A stretch of DNA of 64,000 bases from Candidatus Spongiihabitans sp. (GTDB lineage: Bacteria; Pseudomonadota; Gammaproteobacteria; Arenicellales; Poriferihabitantaceae): NCBI RefSeq assembly GCF_965247905.1, contig NZ_OZ252047.1, positions 196,938-260,937 of the forward strand. The letters are read 5' to 3'. The number at the start of each line of letters is the position of its first letter. The stretch's first letter is position 1. Shown in pieces: positions 37,090 to 46,031 of the stretch. The notes beneath the pieces are model-generated. The model saw only the letters and a program-made list of their open reading frames with translations. It was not told where the DNA came from and ran no database searches. The position numbers and the translations under genes are program-made.

Positions 37090-39041
37090 GCCGATTTACG
37101 CTTTGGTTGATTTTGCGGGCCGGGATTGATTTTGCCGGCGGCGGCACAGGCCCTGTCCCAAGCCTCAATCATGCTGCGGTAATTAGCGCGCATCGCCGCG
37201 ACCGCGGTGGCATCATCAATGGTTTCGGCGAGCCAGTCCCTGGCCGGCTGGGCAAACAAAGTTCGACCCACCGCAAACCCTTTCACCCGCGGCTGACCGG
37301 CCGCAACCTTGAAAGACTCGCTAATCGATTCGATCGAGCCGTCCAGACCTAAGACGATAATGCCCTGGCACCAGGGATCATGCTCATCGATCACCTGTCC
37401 TGCGGCATTCCAATAGGCTTCATTCATGCCCGGCTCGAGTTTCCACCAATCCGGCCTTATGCCCAGTTCATAAAAGCGCCTCATGATCGTCGCGACGCTG
37501 TCAAATTCAGGTTCGTTGGGGTTCCGAGCGGTAATAATTTCGAGCAGCCATTCATGCCCCGTGTGCCGACAGGCGCGATCCAGGCTTTGGATTATACGTT
37601 CATGGCCGGCGCGAATTTCCGGTTCATCATCCAGTCGATACGGACACAATATCTTAACCGTCTGGGTGAGCGGCCAGTTCGCCAGATGCTCGGTGATGTC
37701 TCCTTGCGCCTCGAGCGCCAGCGGGAACCGTCCGGCGGCTTCGATCGGCCGCCCGACCCAGGCGCCTGACCAGGTCGCTGCCCGCAGGGTGGCGCGCGCC
37801 GATCGATCATCGACTAAAACGCCGAAGCCGGGGTCGCTGCCCGCTTCGGCCTCGGCCGCTTTCCAGACCAACTGCTTAAATTGACCAACCGCCGCGCTAT
37901 CGCGTCCATACTCATGCGCCCAGGCATCAAACTGACGCCGATGATCAAAGGCGAACGCCACTACGCGGCTGTAGTCCTTTCGCCGATTGGTCGCGCGATG
38001 AATATGATTGAGATGCGGATCAAACCGCAAGGCCGTGTAATCGCTGCCGTTTTTGATGAAATCCTGCAACTCCACATCCGACGGCAACGCCGGCGCACAG
38101 CCATGACGCGACACCGCGAAAGCGCCGCAGGCGTTAGCGTAGGCGCAGGTTGTCCGCCAGTCTTCGCCCCTTAACCAGCCGCGCAACAGGCCGGCCATAA
38201 AGGCATCGCCGGCCCCTAAAACATTAAACACCTCGACTTTGTAGCCCGCTGCGGCGATGCCTGACTGCCAGCCATCAACGACCGCCTCAAACACTGTGCA
38301 GCCCATGGCGCCGCGTTTGCAGATTAGAATGGCATCGGTTAGTTCACGCACTTTGCGCAGCGCCGATAAAGTGTCATCGGTGCCGCCCGCAATATGAAAC
38401 TCTTCCTCGGTGCCGACAATCATGTCACAGTCAGCGAGATATTTTTGCAGTTGCAGACTCACGTCCTGATTAGCAATAAAACGGGCCGCGCCATCGCCAT
38501 GACCGGCCAGGCTCCACAGGTTGGGCCGATAATCGATATCCAGCACCACCCTGGAACCCTGCGAGCGCGCTAGTTTCATGGCCTTGTGGCTGGCCGCGGC
38601 CACGCTGGCCGTGCTCAAATGCGTGCCGGACACCAATACCGCCCGCGCTTGCGCGATGAAGTCGGTCTCCACATCATCCGCGCACAACGCCATATCAGCG
38701 CAATTCTCCCGATAGAAGATGAGCGGGAAATGATGCTCGTCCTGGATGCCTAGAATCGCCAGGGCAGTCAGGCGATCGGGGTCGGTGACAACCCGCTGTG
38801 TATCCACCCCTTCAGCGACCATGGTCTCACGGATAAAGCGTCCCATATGTTCATCGCCAACGCGGGTGAGCAGGGCTGATTTGAGGCCCAGGCGAGCCGT
38901 GCCGATAGCGATATTAGCCGGACTTCCGCCAACATACTTGGCGAAGCTGCGCATGTCCTCAAGACGGCCGCCAACCTGCTCGCCATACAGGTCCACGCCG
39001 GCGCGACCGATACAGATGATATCCAGAACCGTTTGTTTCAT
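37086..39041 (-). CDS. iolC: 5-dehydro-2-deoxygluconokinase fused to a DUF2090/aldolase-like C-terminal domain
   Basis: N-terminal PfkB kinase (DIICIGRAGVDLY..., GAGDAF) plus a C-terminal domain of about 300 aa, as in proteobacterial long IolC proteins. Confidence 0.85.
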   Translation of the reverse strand: MKQTVLDIICIGRAGVDLYGEQVGGRLEDMRSFAKYVGGSPANIAIGTARLGLKSALLTRVGDEHMGRFIRETMVAEGVDTQRVVTDPDRLTALAILGIQDEHHFPLIFYRENCADMALCADDVETDFIAQARAVLVSGTHLSTASVAAASHKAMKLARSQGSRVVLDIDYRPNLWSLAGHGDGAARFIANQDVSLQLQKYLADCDMIVGTEEEFHIAGGTDDTLSALRKVRELTDAILICKRGAMGCTVFEAVVDGWQSGIAAAGYKVEVFNVLGAGDAFMAGLLRGWLRGEDWRTTCAYANACGAFAVSRHGCAPALPSDVELQDFIKNGSDYTALRFDPHLNHIHRATNRRKDYSRVVAFAFDHRRQFDAWAHEYGRDSAAVGQFKQLVWKAAEAEAGSDPGFGVLVDDRSARATLRAATWSGAWVGRPIEAAGRFPLALEAQGDITEHLANWPLTQTVKILCPYRLDDEPEIRAGHERIIQSLDRACRHTGHEWLLEIITARNPNEPEFDSVATIMRRFYELGIRPDWWKLEPGMNEAYWNAAGQVIDEHDPWCQGIIVLGLDGSIESISESFKVAAGQPRVKGFAVGRTLFAQPARDWLAETIDDATAVAAMRANYRSMIEAWDRACAAAGKINPGPQNQPKRKSA

Positions 39042-39105
39042 TATCCTGATATGCCGAAATAGGTGTTGTGCAACGCGGTATGGTTGCCCGTGACGCCACT
39101 AAATC

Positions 39106-39969
39106 TTAGTCTTTTTGCGAGCAGCGCTTGCCGGTTTCCAGCACCAGACACAAAGCCAGGCACATGGTCGCCGATAAACCGCGAAAGCCGCCCACTTCCT
39201 GTTCGGGCACTTCAAGGTGCAAGACATCGGCTCTGGCAATCGGGCTTAAGGTGGAATCGGTCAAAGCCACCACCGCAACCTGCCGCGCCAGACAGATATC
39301 CACCAACTCGCACGTATTGGCGGTATACGGGTTGAAGCTAACCGCAACCAGCGCTTCGTCTCGGTGAATCAGGCTGGCCTTATCGGCCATCAAACTGGCC
39401 AGGCCGTCCAGCAACACGGCCGGCAAACCCATCTTCACAAACATATAATGCAGGTAAGTGGTCACCGGCGCGGCGCGTCCCTGCCCGGCAAGATAGATGC
39501 AACGGGCGGTCGCCAGCCGCTTGCTGGCCTGCAATATGGTCGCTTCATCCACCTGTTGTTCCAGCTTGTTGATAGAAACGCTGGCCGCCCGACTGAACCG
39601 GTGCAATACCGTTTGCTCAAGTTGCTCAGGTTGCTCAGGTTGCTCATGTTGCTTTTGGTCGTCCAGATGATGGATGCGCTGAACATAAGGCAAAGGCATG
39701 TGGCGCATGCTTCCCTGAAACACCGACTGCATGTCGGAAAAGCCGCGGTAACCGATGGCCTTGGCGAAACGCACCAGGGCTGATGGGGTTACTCGGGCTC
39801 GGTCGCTAATCACCGCAATGGTATTCAGCGCAACAACATCCGGATTATGCACTACAAATTCCGCAACCCGCTGCAAGCGTTTGGGCAAGGAAACATAGCG
39901 CTTTTGCAGCCACGGTCTTATCTCGCTGAATACCCTGGGCGGTTTTTGGCTTATCGCATTAGACATCAC
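39106..39969 (-). CDS. RpiR/MurR-family transcriptional regulator (likely iol regulator)
   Basis: N-terminal HTH_6 plus a C-terminal SIS domain. Divergent from the sugar ABC operon. Contains a 9-bp x 5 tandem repeat (EQPEQPEQLEQ). Confidence 0.85.
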   Translation of the reverse strand: MMSNAISQKPPRVFSEIRPWLQKRYVSLPKRLQRVAEFVVHNPDVVALNTIAVISDRARVTPSALVRFAKAIGYRGFSDMQSVFQGSMRHMPLPYVQRIHHLDDQKQHEQPEQPEQLEQTVLHRFSRAASVSINKLEQQVDEATILQASKRLATARCIYLAGQGRAAPVTTYLHYMFVKMGLPAVLLDGLASLMADKASLIHRDEALVAVSFNPYTANTCELVDICLARQVAVVALTDSTLSPIARADVLHLEVPEQEVGGFRGLSATMCLALCLVLETGKRCSQKD

Positions 39970-40075
39970 AGTCCCGAATCATAAATAAGTCATAAACAAG
40001 GTTGCTCGAAACAAATAATCGTTAGGCGTTGCGCCCCGCATGGGCAGCGAAGTATACACAATCCGAAGTCTATTT

Positions 40076-40122
40076 GGAATAAATATTCTATTTTAAATAT
40101 AGTTGCAATTTAAATTCTATTA
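40076..40122. promoter_or_regulatory. AT-rich candidate operator pair in the rpiR/ABC divergent intergenic region
   Basis: GGAATAAATATTCTATTTT (40076-40094) and TTGCAATTTAAATTCTATTA (40103-40122). A closely related pair in the same order recurs at 59489-59536. Confidence 0.3.
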
Positions 40123-40207
40123 AGGTATGTTAGGGTATTATGCGCTGAAGAATATTATTTAGCCCTGAATATTTTATTTTACAACCAACTTCCTCATGGG
40201 GGGATAT

Positions 40208-41164
40208 ATGAAACCACTTAATTTATTTGCGTCCGCGGCATTGTTCATGGCAATGGCTGCGCCGCTGGCGATGACGAGCACGAGCGTCGCGGCGGAAGGC
40301 GAGAGATATGTTCTGATCAGCCATGCGCCGGATTCCGACAGCTGGTGGAACACCGTCAAGAACGGCATTGCCCTGGCCGGTTCACAGATGGGCGTCGAGG
40401 TTGAATACCGCAACCCGCCGACCGGTGATCTGGCCGACATGGCTCGCATCATCGAGCAAGCGGCGGCTTCTAATCCGAACGGCATCATCACCACCTTGGC
40501 GGATTACGACGTTCTGTCCGGCGCGATCAGAAACGCGGTCGATCAGGGCATCAACGTGATCATCATGAACTCGGGATCGCCAGAGCAGGCGCGCGAAGTC
40601 GGGGCGCTGATGTATATTGGCCAGCCCGAGTATGACGCTGGCCATGCGGCCGGCCTGCGCGCCAAAGGCGACGGCATTGGCTCTTTCCTCTGTGTCAACC
40701 ACTATATCTCCAATCCGTCCTCGACCCAGCGCTGCCAGGGTTTCGCGGATGGTCTGGGGGTGGAGCTCGGCAATCAGATGATTGATTCCGGCCAGGATCC
40801 TTCCGAGATTAAAAACAAGGTGCTGGCCTATCTTTCGGCCAACCCAGGCACTGACTCAATCCTGACTCTGGGGCCAACCTCGGCCGACCCGACCATTGCC
40901 GCGCTGCAAGAAAACGGCATGGCCGGCGACCTCTATTTCGGCACCTTCGATCTCGGCACCGAGATCGTGAAAGGCATCAAGGCGGGCATCATCAACTGGG
41001 GAATCGATCAACAACCCTTCCTGCAAGCCTACCTGCCCGTTATTGTCCTGACCAACTATGACCGTTATGGCGTGCTGCCCGGCAACAACATCAACTCCGG
41101 CCCGGGCTTCGTCACCAAGGATGGCCTGACCCTGGTCGAAAAGTACGCTGGCGAATACCGCTAG
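40208..41164 (+). CDS. Sugar (inositol-type) ABC transporter periplasmic binding protein
   Basis: Signal peptide MKPLNLFASAALFMAMAAPLAMT. Peripla_BP type I pattern. Located in an iol context. Confidence 0.85.
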   Translation: MKPLNLFASAALFMAMAAPLAMTSTSVAAEGERYVLISHAPDSDSWWNTVKNGIALAGSQMGVEVEYRNPPTGDLADMARIIEQAAASNPNGIITTLADYDVLSGAIRNAVDQGINVIIMNSGSPEQAREVGALMYIGQPEYDAGHAAGLRAKGDGIGSFLCVNHYISNPSSTQRCQGFADGLGVELGNQMIDSGQDPSEIKNKVLAYLSANPGTDSILTLGPTSADPTIAALQENGMAGDLYFGTFDLGTEIVKGIKAGIINWGIDQQPFLQAYLPVIVLTNYDRYGVLPGNNINSGPGFVTKDGLTLVEKYAGEYR

Positions 41165-41258
41165 CGCATAACATGACCACGACATGAGCATGCCATGAAT
41201 AAGCGGCCGCGAAACCTGCGGCCGCCCTGTTCATATCCAACGATACGAGGCGCCCAAG

Positions 41259-42377
41259 ATGCCGCAGACCACACCGCCGACAACTGACGAGCGCGTCAAG
41301 GAGATATCGGGCTTTCGCAAAGCCCTGATCCGACCCGAACTGGGCAGCATTTGCGGCGTCATTCTGGTATTTGTCTTCTTTTTTCTCACGGCGCGCGACT
41401 CGGGCATGTTTTCGCCCGCGGGCGTGATGAACTGGTCGATAGTCTCGGCGCAGTTCATCATTATCGCCGTAGGCGCCTGCCTGCTGATGATTGCCGGCGA
41501 GTTCGACCTGTCGGTCGGCTCGATGATCGGTTTTTCCGGCATGTCAATTGCCCTGCTGTCGGTCAGCTTTGGCTGGCCGGTATGGCTGGCGATCATCGTC
41601 ACCTTTGTCCTGTGCGTGGCAATAGGCGCATTCAATGGCTGGCTGGTGATCAAGACCGGGTTGCCGAGCTTCATCGTGACCCTGGCATTCCTGTTTATTC
41701 TGCGCGGCCTGACCATCTTTGCCGCCATCGCCACTACCCGAAAAACCATTATTGGCGGTGTGCGCGAAGTCGCTGAAGGCGACTGGCTGGCGGCAATCTT
41801 CGGCGGCAAGGTCCTGACCGGACTGTTCCAGTGGATGGGCGATCAGGGCTGGATCGAAACATTCGTGCGCGGCACCCGGGAAGGGCAGCCGGTGGTTGAT
41901 GGCATCCCGATGTTGATGGTCTGGGCTTTGATTCTGGTTATTTTCGGCCACTGGCTGCTGACCAAAACCAAATTCGGCAACTGGATCTTCGCCGCCGGCG
42001 GCGATGCGCAGGCGGCCCGCTATGTGGGCGTGCCGGTGAACCGCGTCAAAATCATGATGTTCATGTTCACCGCCTTCTGCGCCTGCGTTTTTGCCACCGC
42101 CCAGGTGATGGAGTTCGGTTCGGCCGGGGCCGATCGCGGGCTGTTGAAGGAATTCGAGGCGATTATATCCGTTGTCATCGGCGGCGCTTTGCTGACCGGC
42201 GGATACGGTTCGGTCATCGGCGCGGCGCTGGGGGCGATTGTCTTTGGCGTGGTGCAGCAGGGGCTGTTCTTTGCCGGGGTGGAAAGCTCGCTGTTCAGGG
42301 TGTTCCTCGGGGTGATCCTGCTGCTCGCGGTGATCCTGAATACCTATATCCGGCGCATGATTACCGGGGAGAAGTAA
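41259..42377 (+). CDS. Sugar ABC transporter permease (BPD_transp_2 / RbsC-like)
   Basis: 372-aa polytopic protein with an RbsC-like pattern (GEFDLSVGS, GGYGSVIGAALGA). Confidence 0.85.
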   Translation: MPQTTPPTTDERVKEISGFRKALIRPELGSICGVILVFVFFFLTARDSGMFSPAGVMNWSIVSAQFIIIAVGACLLMIAGEFDLSVGSMIGFSGMSIALLSVSFGWPVWLAIIVTFVLCVAIGAFNGWLVIKTGLPSFIVTLAFLFILRGLTIFAAIATTRKTIIGGVREVAEGDWLAAIFGGKVLTGLFQWMGDQGWIETFVRGTREGQPVVDGIPMLMVWALILVIFGHWLLTKTKFGNWIFAAGGDAQAARYVGVPVNRVKIMMFMFTAFCACVFATAQVMEFGSAGADRGLLKEFEAIISVVIGGALLTGGYGSVIGAALGAIVFGVVQQGLFFAGVESSLFRVFLGVILLLAVILNTYIRRMITGEK

Positions 42378-42378
42378 G

Positions 42379-43185
42379 ATGGCTAAACCGCTAATCGAAA
42401 TGCAGAATGTCGAGACGATGATTGAAATGAAGGACATCGAGAAACACTTCGGCTCGGTCATCGCCTTGTCCGGCGTGTCGCTCGATTTGATGGCCGGTGA
42501 ATGTCACTGTTTGCTGGGCGACAACGGCGCCGGCAAGTCAACCTTTATAAAAACCATGTCCGGCGTGCACAAACCCTCAGCCGGCGAAATTTTTTTCGAA
42601 GGCAAGCCGCTGAGTTTCGCGCGTCCACGCGATGCCATCGTCGCCGGAATCGCCACCGTGTATCAGGACCTGGCGATGATCCCGCTGATGTCGGTGACGC
42701 GAAATTTTTTCATGGGCAACGAGCCGACCAAGAAAATCGCTGGCATCAGTTTCTTCGATCACCAGCTCGCCAATGACGTGACCATGGAGGAAATGAAGAA
42801 AATGGGTATCAACCTGCGCTCTCCGGATCAGGCGGTGGGTACGCTTTCAGGCGGCGAACGCCAGACGGTGGCGATTGCCCGGGCGGTCCATTTCGGCGCC
42901 AAGGTGCTGATTTTGGACGAGCCAACCTCGGCCCTCGGCGTACGCCAGACCGCCAATGTTCTGGCCACGGTTGACCGGGTGCGCAATCAGGGTATCGGCG
43001 TGGTGTTCATCACCCACAATGTGCGCCATGCGATGGCCGTGGGCGACCGCTTTACCGTGCTCGACCGCGGCAAAACGCTGGGCACCGCGAAACGCGGTGA
43101 AATTACCCCCGAGGAATTGCAAAACATGATGGCCGGCGGCCAAAAACTGGCGACGCTGGAAGGCTCGCTGGGCGGCACGGTTTAG
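42379..43185 (+). CDS. Sugar ABC transporter ATP-binding protein (single NBD)
   Basis: Walker A GDNGAGKST, signature LSGGERQTVAIAR, Walker B LILDEPT. Confidence 0.85.
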   Translation: MAKPLIEMQNVETMIEMKDIEKHFGSVIALSGVSLDLMAGECHCLLGDNGAGKSTFIKTMSGVHKPSAGEIFFEGKPLSFARPRDAIVAGIATVYQDLAMIPLMSVTRNFFMGNEPTKKIAGISFFDHQLANDVTMEEMKKMGINLRSPDQAVGTLSGGERQTVAIARAVHFGAKVLILDEPTSALGVRQTANVLATVDRVRNQGIGVVFITHNVRHAMAVGDRFTVLDRGKTLGTAKRGEITPEELQNMMAGGQKLATLEGSLGGTV

Positions 43186-43317
43186 CGGCTGCGGTTGGCC
43201 GGCCGAATTATTCCCTACATATGATGTCCGCGGCTACGATGACCGCGGCTAGCGCCCAAACCAACTCCCCGGAGTTGCCCGGACAAACTGAATTAATGGT
43301 TTATAAGCGATAGTGGC

Positions 43318-44442
43318 ATGAAAGAAATAGGTGTCGGTGTCATCGGCACCGCTTTTATGGGCAAAGCCCATTCACTCGCTTACGCTATAGCCGGGACTGC
43401 ATTTGGCGATGGCCTGAGACCGCGCCTGGAAGTGTTGTGCGATATTAACGCACAGCGGGGCCAGGCCAAACGGCAGGAAATGGGCTTTGCCCGCTCGACA
43501 ACCCAATACATGGACGTGATAAACGACCCTAAGGTGGAACTCATTTCGATATGCGTCCCCAATGTCGTCCACAAGGAAATTGCTGTGGCCGCGCTCAGGG
43601 CTGGCAAGCATGTCTGGTGCGAAAAGCCAATGGCGACTAATGTGGCCGAGGCGGAGGAAATGCTGGCCGCGGCGCGCGCTTCAGACCGCCAGACCATTCT
43701 GGGTTATAATTATACTCAGAACCCATTAGTTCATGCGGCGCGCCAACTGATTGAGGAGGGCGCCATAGGACGCGTCATCGGCTTCCACGGCATCTACGAT
43801 GTGGACAATGAAGCCGATCCAGACCGCCCTCATAGCTGGAGAATGAATCGGGAAGCGTCGGGTTGCGGCGCCAACGCGGATCTAATGTGCCATCTGGTAA
43901 GCATGGCCCACTTCATGACCGGCAGCGAAGTTGCCCGTTTGGTTGGAGACTACGACACGGTGCACCAGCAACGCAGCGACCCCAAGAATCAGGGTCGGAC
44001 GCTTGCGGTGGATAATGACGATGTTTGCACCGCGCTGGCGCATTTCGCCAGTGGCATCAAGGGCACTCTTCGCGTCAGCCGCGTTGCTTGGGGGCGCAAA
44101 TGCGGTTTGCGCTGGGAAATCCACGGCTCCCAAGGCATGATTTGTCACGATCAGGAACGTCTCAACGAAATCAAACTATATGCTCGCAACGAAGATCCCC
44201 GTCAGCAGGGATTCCGAACCATTCTATCCGGGCCCTGCCATCAACCCTATGATGCGTTCCTGCCCAATGCCGGCCATGCGCTCGGGTTCATCGATGTCAA
44301 GGCTTGCGAACTGCACAAGTTACTGACCGCGATTACAACGGGCGAACCCGCCTGGCCCAGCTTTGAAGACGGCATCAAAATTGAGCGAGTCATGGATGCC
44401 ATCGACCGTTCGGTCCTGTCAGGCCAGTGGCTGGATGTCTAA
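43318..44442 (+). CDS. Gfo/Idh/MocA-family oxidoreductase
   Basis: N-terminal Rossmann motif GVGVIGTAFMGKAH and the WCEKP motif. Confidence 0.85.
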   Translation: MKEIGVGVIGTAFMGKAHSLAYAIAGTAFGDGLRPRLEVLCDINAQRGQAKRQEMGFARSTTQYMDVINDPKVELISICVPNVVHKEIAVAALRAGKHVWCEKPMATNVAEAEEMLAAARASDRQTILGYNYTQNPLVHAARQLIEEGAIGRVIGFHGIYDVDNEADPDRPHSWRMNREASGCGANADLMCHLVSMAHFMTGSEVARLVGDYDTVHQQRSDPKNQGRTLAVDNDDVCTALAHFASGIKGTLRVSRVAWGRKCGLRWEIHGSQGMICHDQERLNEIKLYARNEDPRQQGFRTILSGPCHQPYDAFLPNAGHALGFIDVKACELHKLLTAITTGEPAWPSFEDGIKIERVMDAIDRSVLSGQWLDV

Positions 44443-44811
44443 CGCCGCTTGCGGCTTGACGATAGCACTCACCCATGCACTGATTGGCAACGATGACGAG
44501 TTTGCCGCGCTATGCGATAACCTTGCCAGATAGAGCACAACGGCACGATCAGGTAATGATACTCAAGCGCGCAACGAATCCTTTACGCACGCAAGGCTCA
44601 TTCAGGCCATGCGGTGCGGGGGACGCTGTTCTCGTTAACCTGCCAGTCCACTGCATGAACACGGGTAACTGGCTCGAAGCCGTGGAGGCCGGTGGTGCAG
44701 CTGCCGCCCTGGTGGCATCGCAACGCGGTTGTGCCGCAGGCCCGCTTCCGATCAACTTAAATTCCTGCAGCAAAAGCAACCCATGAATCCTGCCGCCAAC
44801 TGGAGCTGACC

Positions 44812-44894
44812 TTGCATATTCCACACCACGACAACCAGAACCAGCCGATCGTAAACCGCAACGACAGCAGGGCTCCACTGTGTTTCTTTAACAT
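44812..44894 (+). pseudogene. 5' fragment (27 codons) of a second iolB paralog, split by the IS30 composite transposon
   Basis: GGAG followed by a TTG start at 44812. It reads (M)HIPHHDNQNQPIVNRNDSRAPLCFFN and joins in frame to 52905 onward (IVKLKKRETF...) once the transposon and one CAT copy are removed. Confidence 0.6.
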
Positions 44895-45955
44895 GGTGGT
44901 TTCTAGTTTCTATTGCAACAATTCATTAAAAGCCTCAAAAGGCGTTTTCCAGTTTAACGCGTTACGCGGTCGTCCATTTAATCGGTCTTGAGCCTTGCGC
45001 GCTTGATAAGCGCTGACTTGATTAAAGTCAGCGCCTTTCGGAAAGCGCCGCCTGATCAAGCCGTTGGCGTTCTCATTGGCGCCTCGTTCCCATGGACTGC
45101 GTGGAGGGGCAAAACAGACCGGCATGCGGGTCTCTTTCGTGAACAATCGATGCGCTGGCATCTCTTTGCCCTGATCATGGGTCAGGGTTGGTTTCATCTG
45201 TTTCGGTGTCGTTCGTGATTTGCGCGCAAACGCCTTGCGCGCCGTTTCGGCGTCCGGTCTCTTCAAGCGAACCAGCAACACCGTCCGGGTGGCGCGCTCA
45301 CCTAGCGCGCCAAGAGCGGATTGATGGCGTGCGCCCAGGATCAAGTCGCCTTCCCAATGACCGGGCACAGCGCGCTCAGCCACTTGCGCAGGCCGCTCTT
45401 CAATACTGATCATCTCCGGGATACGACCCCGACGGTCATTGCCCCGGCTCCGTGGCCGCCGCGCTGGTCGATGCTGCCGTAAACAACGCAACAGGGATTG
45501 ACGCAGACTCCCCCGAGGCAATACATACAAATACGTATAGAGGGTTTCGGCGCACACGCGCATCCGTTCATCCCCAGGATAATCTATCTTGAGCTTGGCG
45601 CTGATTTGAGCCGGCGACCACTGCTTGCGAAGTCCGTTGATGACGAGCCGACGCAAACCCGGGTCTTGAACCAACTTGCCCAAACGACGATAACACCGCC
45701 GCCGCGCCTTGTTGTCAGCGGTGACCGCCAAGTAATAAAATCCGCGCTTGTTACGGTTGATTTCACGACTGATGGTTGATGGGCTTCGATAGAGTGGACC
45801 GGCGATTGCACGGATGCCCGCACCACAATGACACAATACGCCGATGGCCTCTCGCTCCACCAAGCATAGACGACGATAAGCCTTCATTATTCAACGCCTC
45901 GCTTGATATTGTTGTACTCATACTATAGGTGTTGCGTTAGAATTTAGAGACCACC
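44895..45955 (-). mobile_element. IS30-family element, copy A
   Basis: Imperfect TIRs: GGTGGTTTCTAGTTTCTATTGCAACA... and ...TGTTGCGTTAGAATTTAGAGACCACC. 1061 bp. Confidence 0.85.
44910..45887 (-). CDS. IS30-family transposase
   Basis: 325 aa. HTH N-terminus plus a DDE core (HWEGDLI..., THDQGKEM, ANENANGLIRRRFPKG). Confidence 0.9.
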   Translation of the reverse strand: MKAYRRLCLVEREAIGVLCHCGAGIRAIAGPLYRSPSTISREINRNKRGFYYLAVTADNKARRRCYRRLGKLVQDPGLRRLVINGLRKQWSPAQISAKLKIDYPGDERMRVCAETLYTYLYVLPRGSLRQSLLRCLRQHRPARRPRSRGNDRRGRIPEMISIEERPAQVAERAVPGHWEGDLILGARHQSALGALGERATRTVLLVRLKRPDAETARKAFARKSRTTPKQMKPTLTHDQGKEMPAHRLFTKETRMPVCFAPPRSPWERGANENANGLIRRRFPKGADFNQVSAYQARKAQDRLNGRPRNALNWKTPFEAFNELLQ

Positions 45956-46031
45956 TTATTAAAAACCGTAACATCGATAATATAAACAGTTACTGAGGAA
46001 TCCCCAATTTCAGTGCCAATGCCATTGAGAA

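Noticed and set aside
41544-42461. A 305-aa minus-strand ORF.
   Set aside because: It is antisense to the sugar ABC permease and ATPase genes. Its composition (runs of H, Q, G, D, R) is typical of GC-rich shadow frames.
44484-44786. 100-aa plus-strand and 109-aa minus-strand ORFs between the oxidoreductase gene and the iolB paralog fragment.
   Set aside because: They have no recognisable motifs and are mutually overlapping on opposite strands in GC-rich DNA. I cannot support either as coding.
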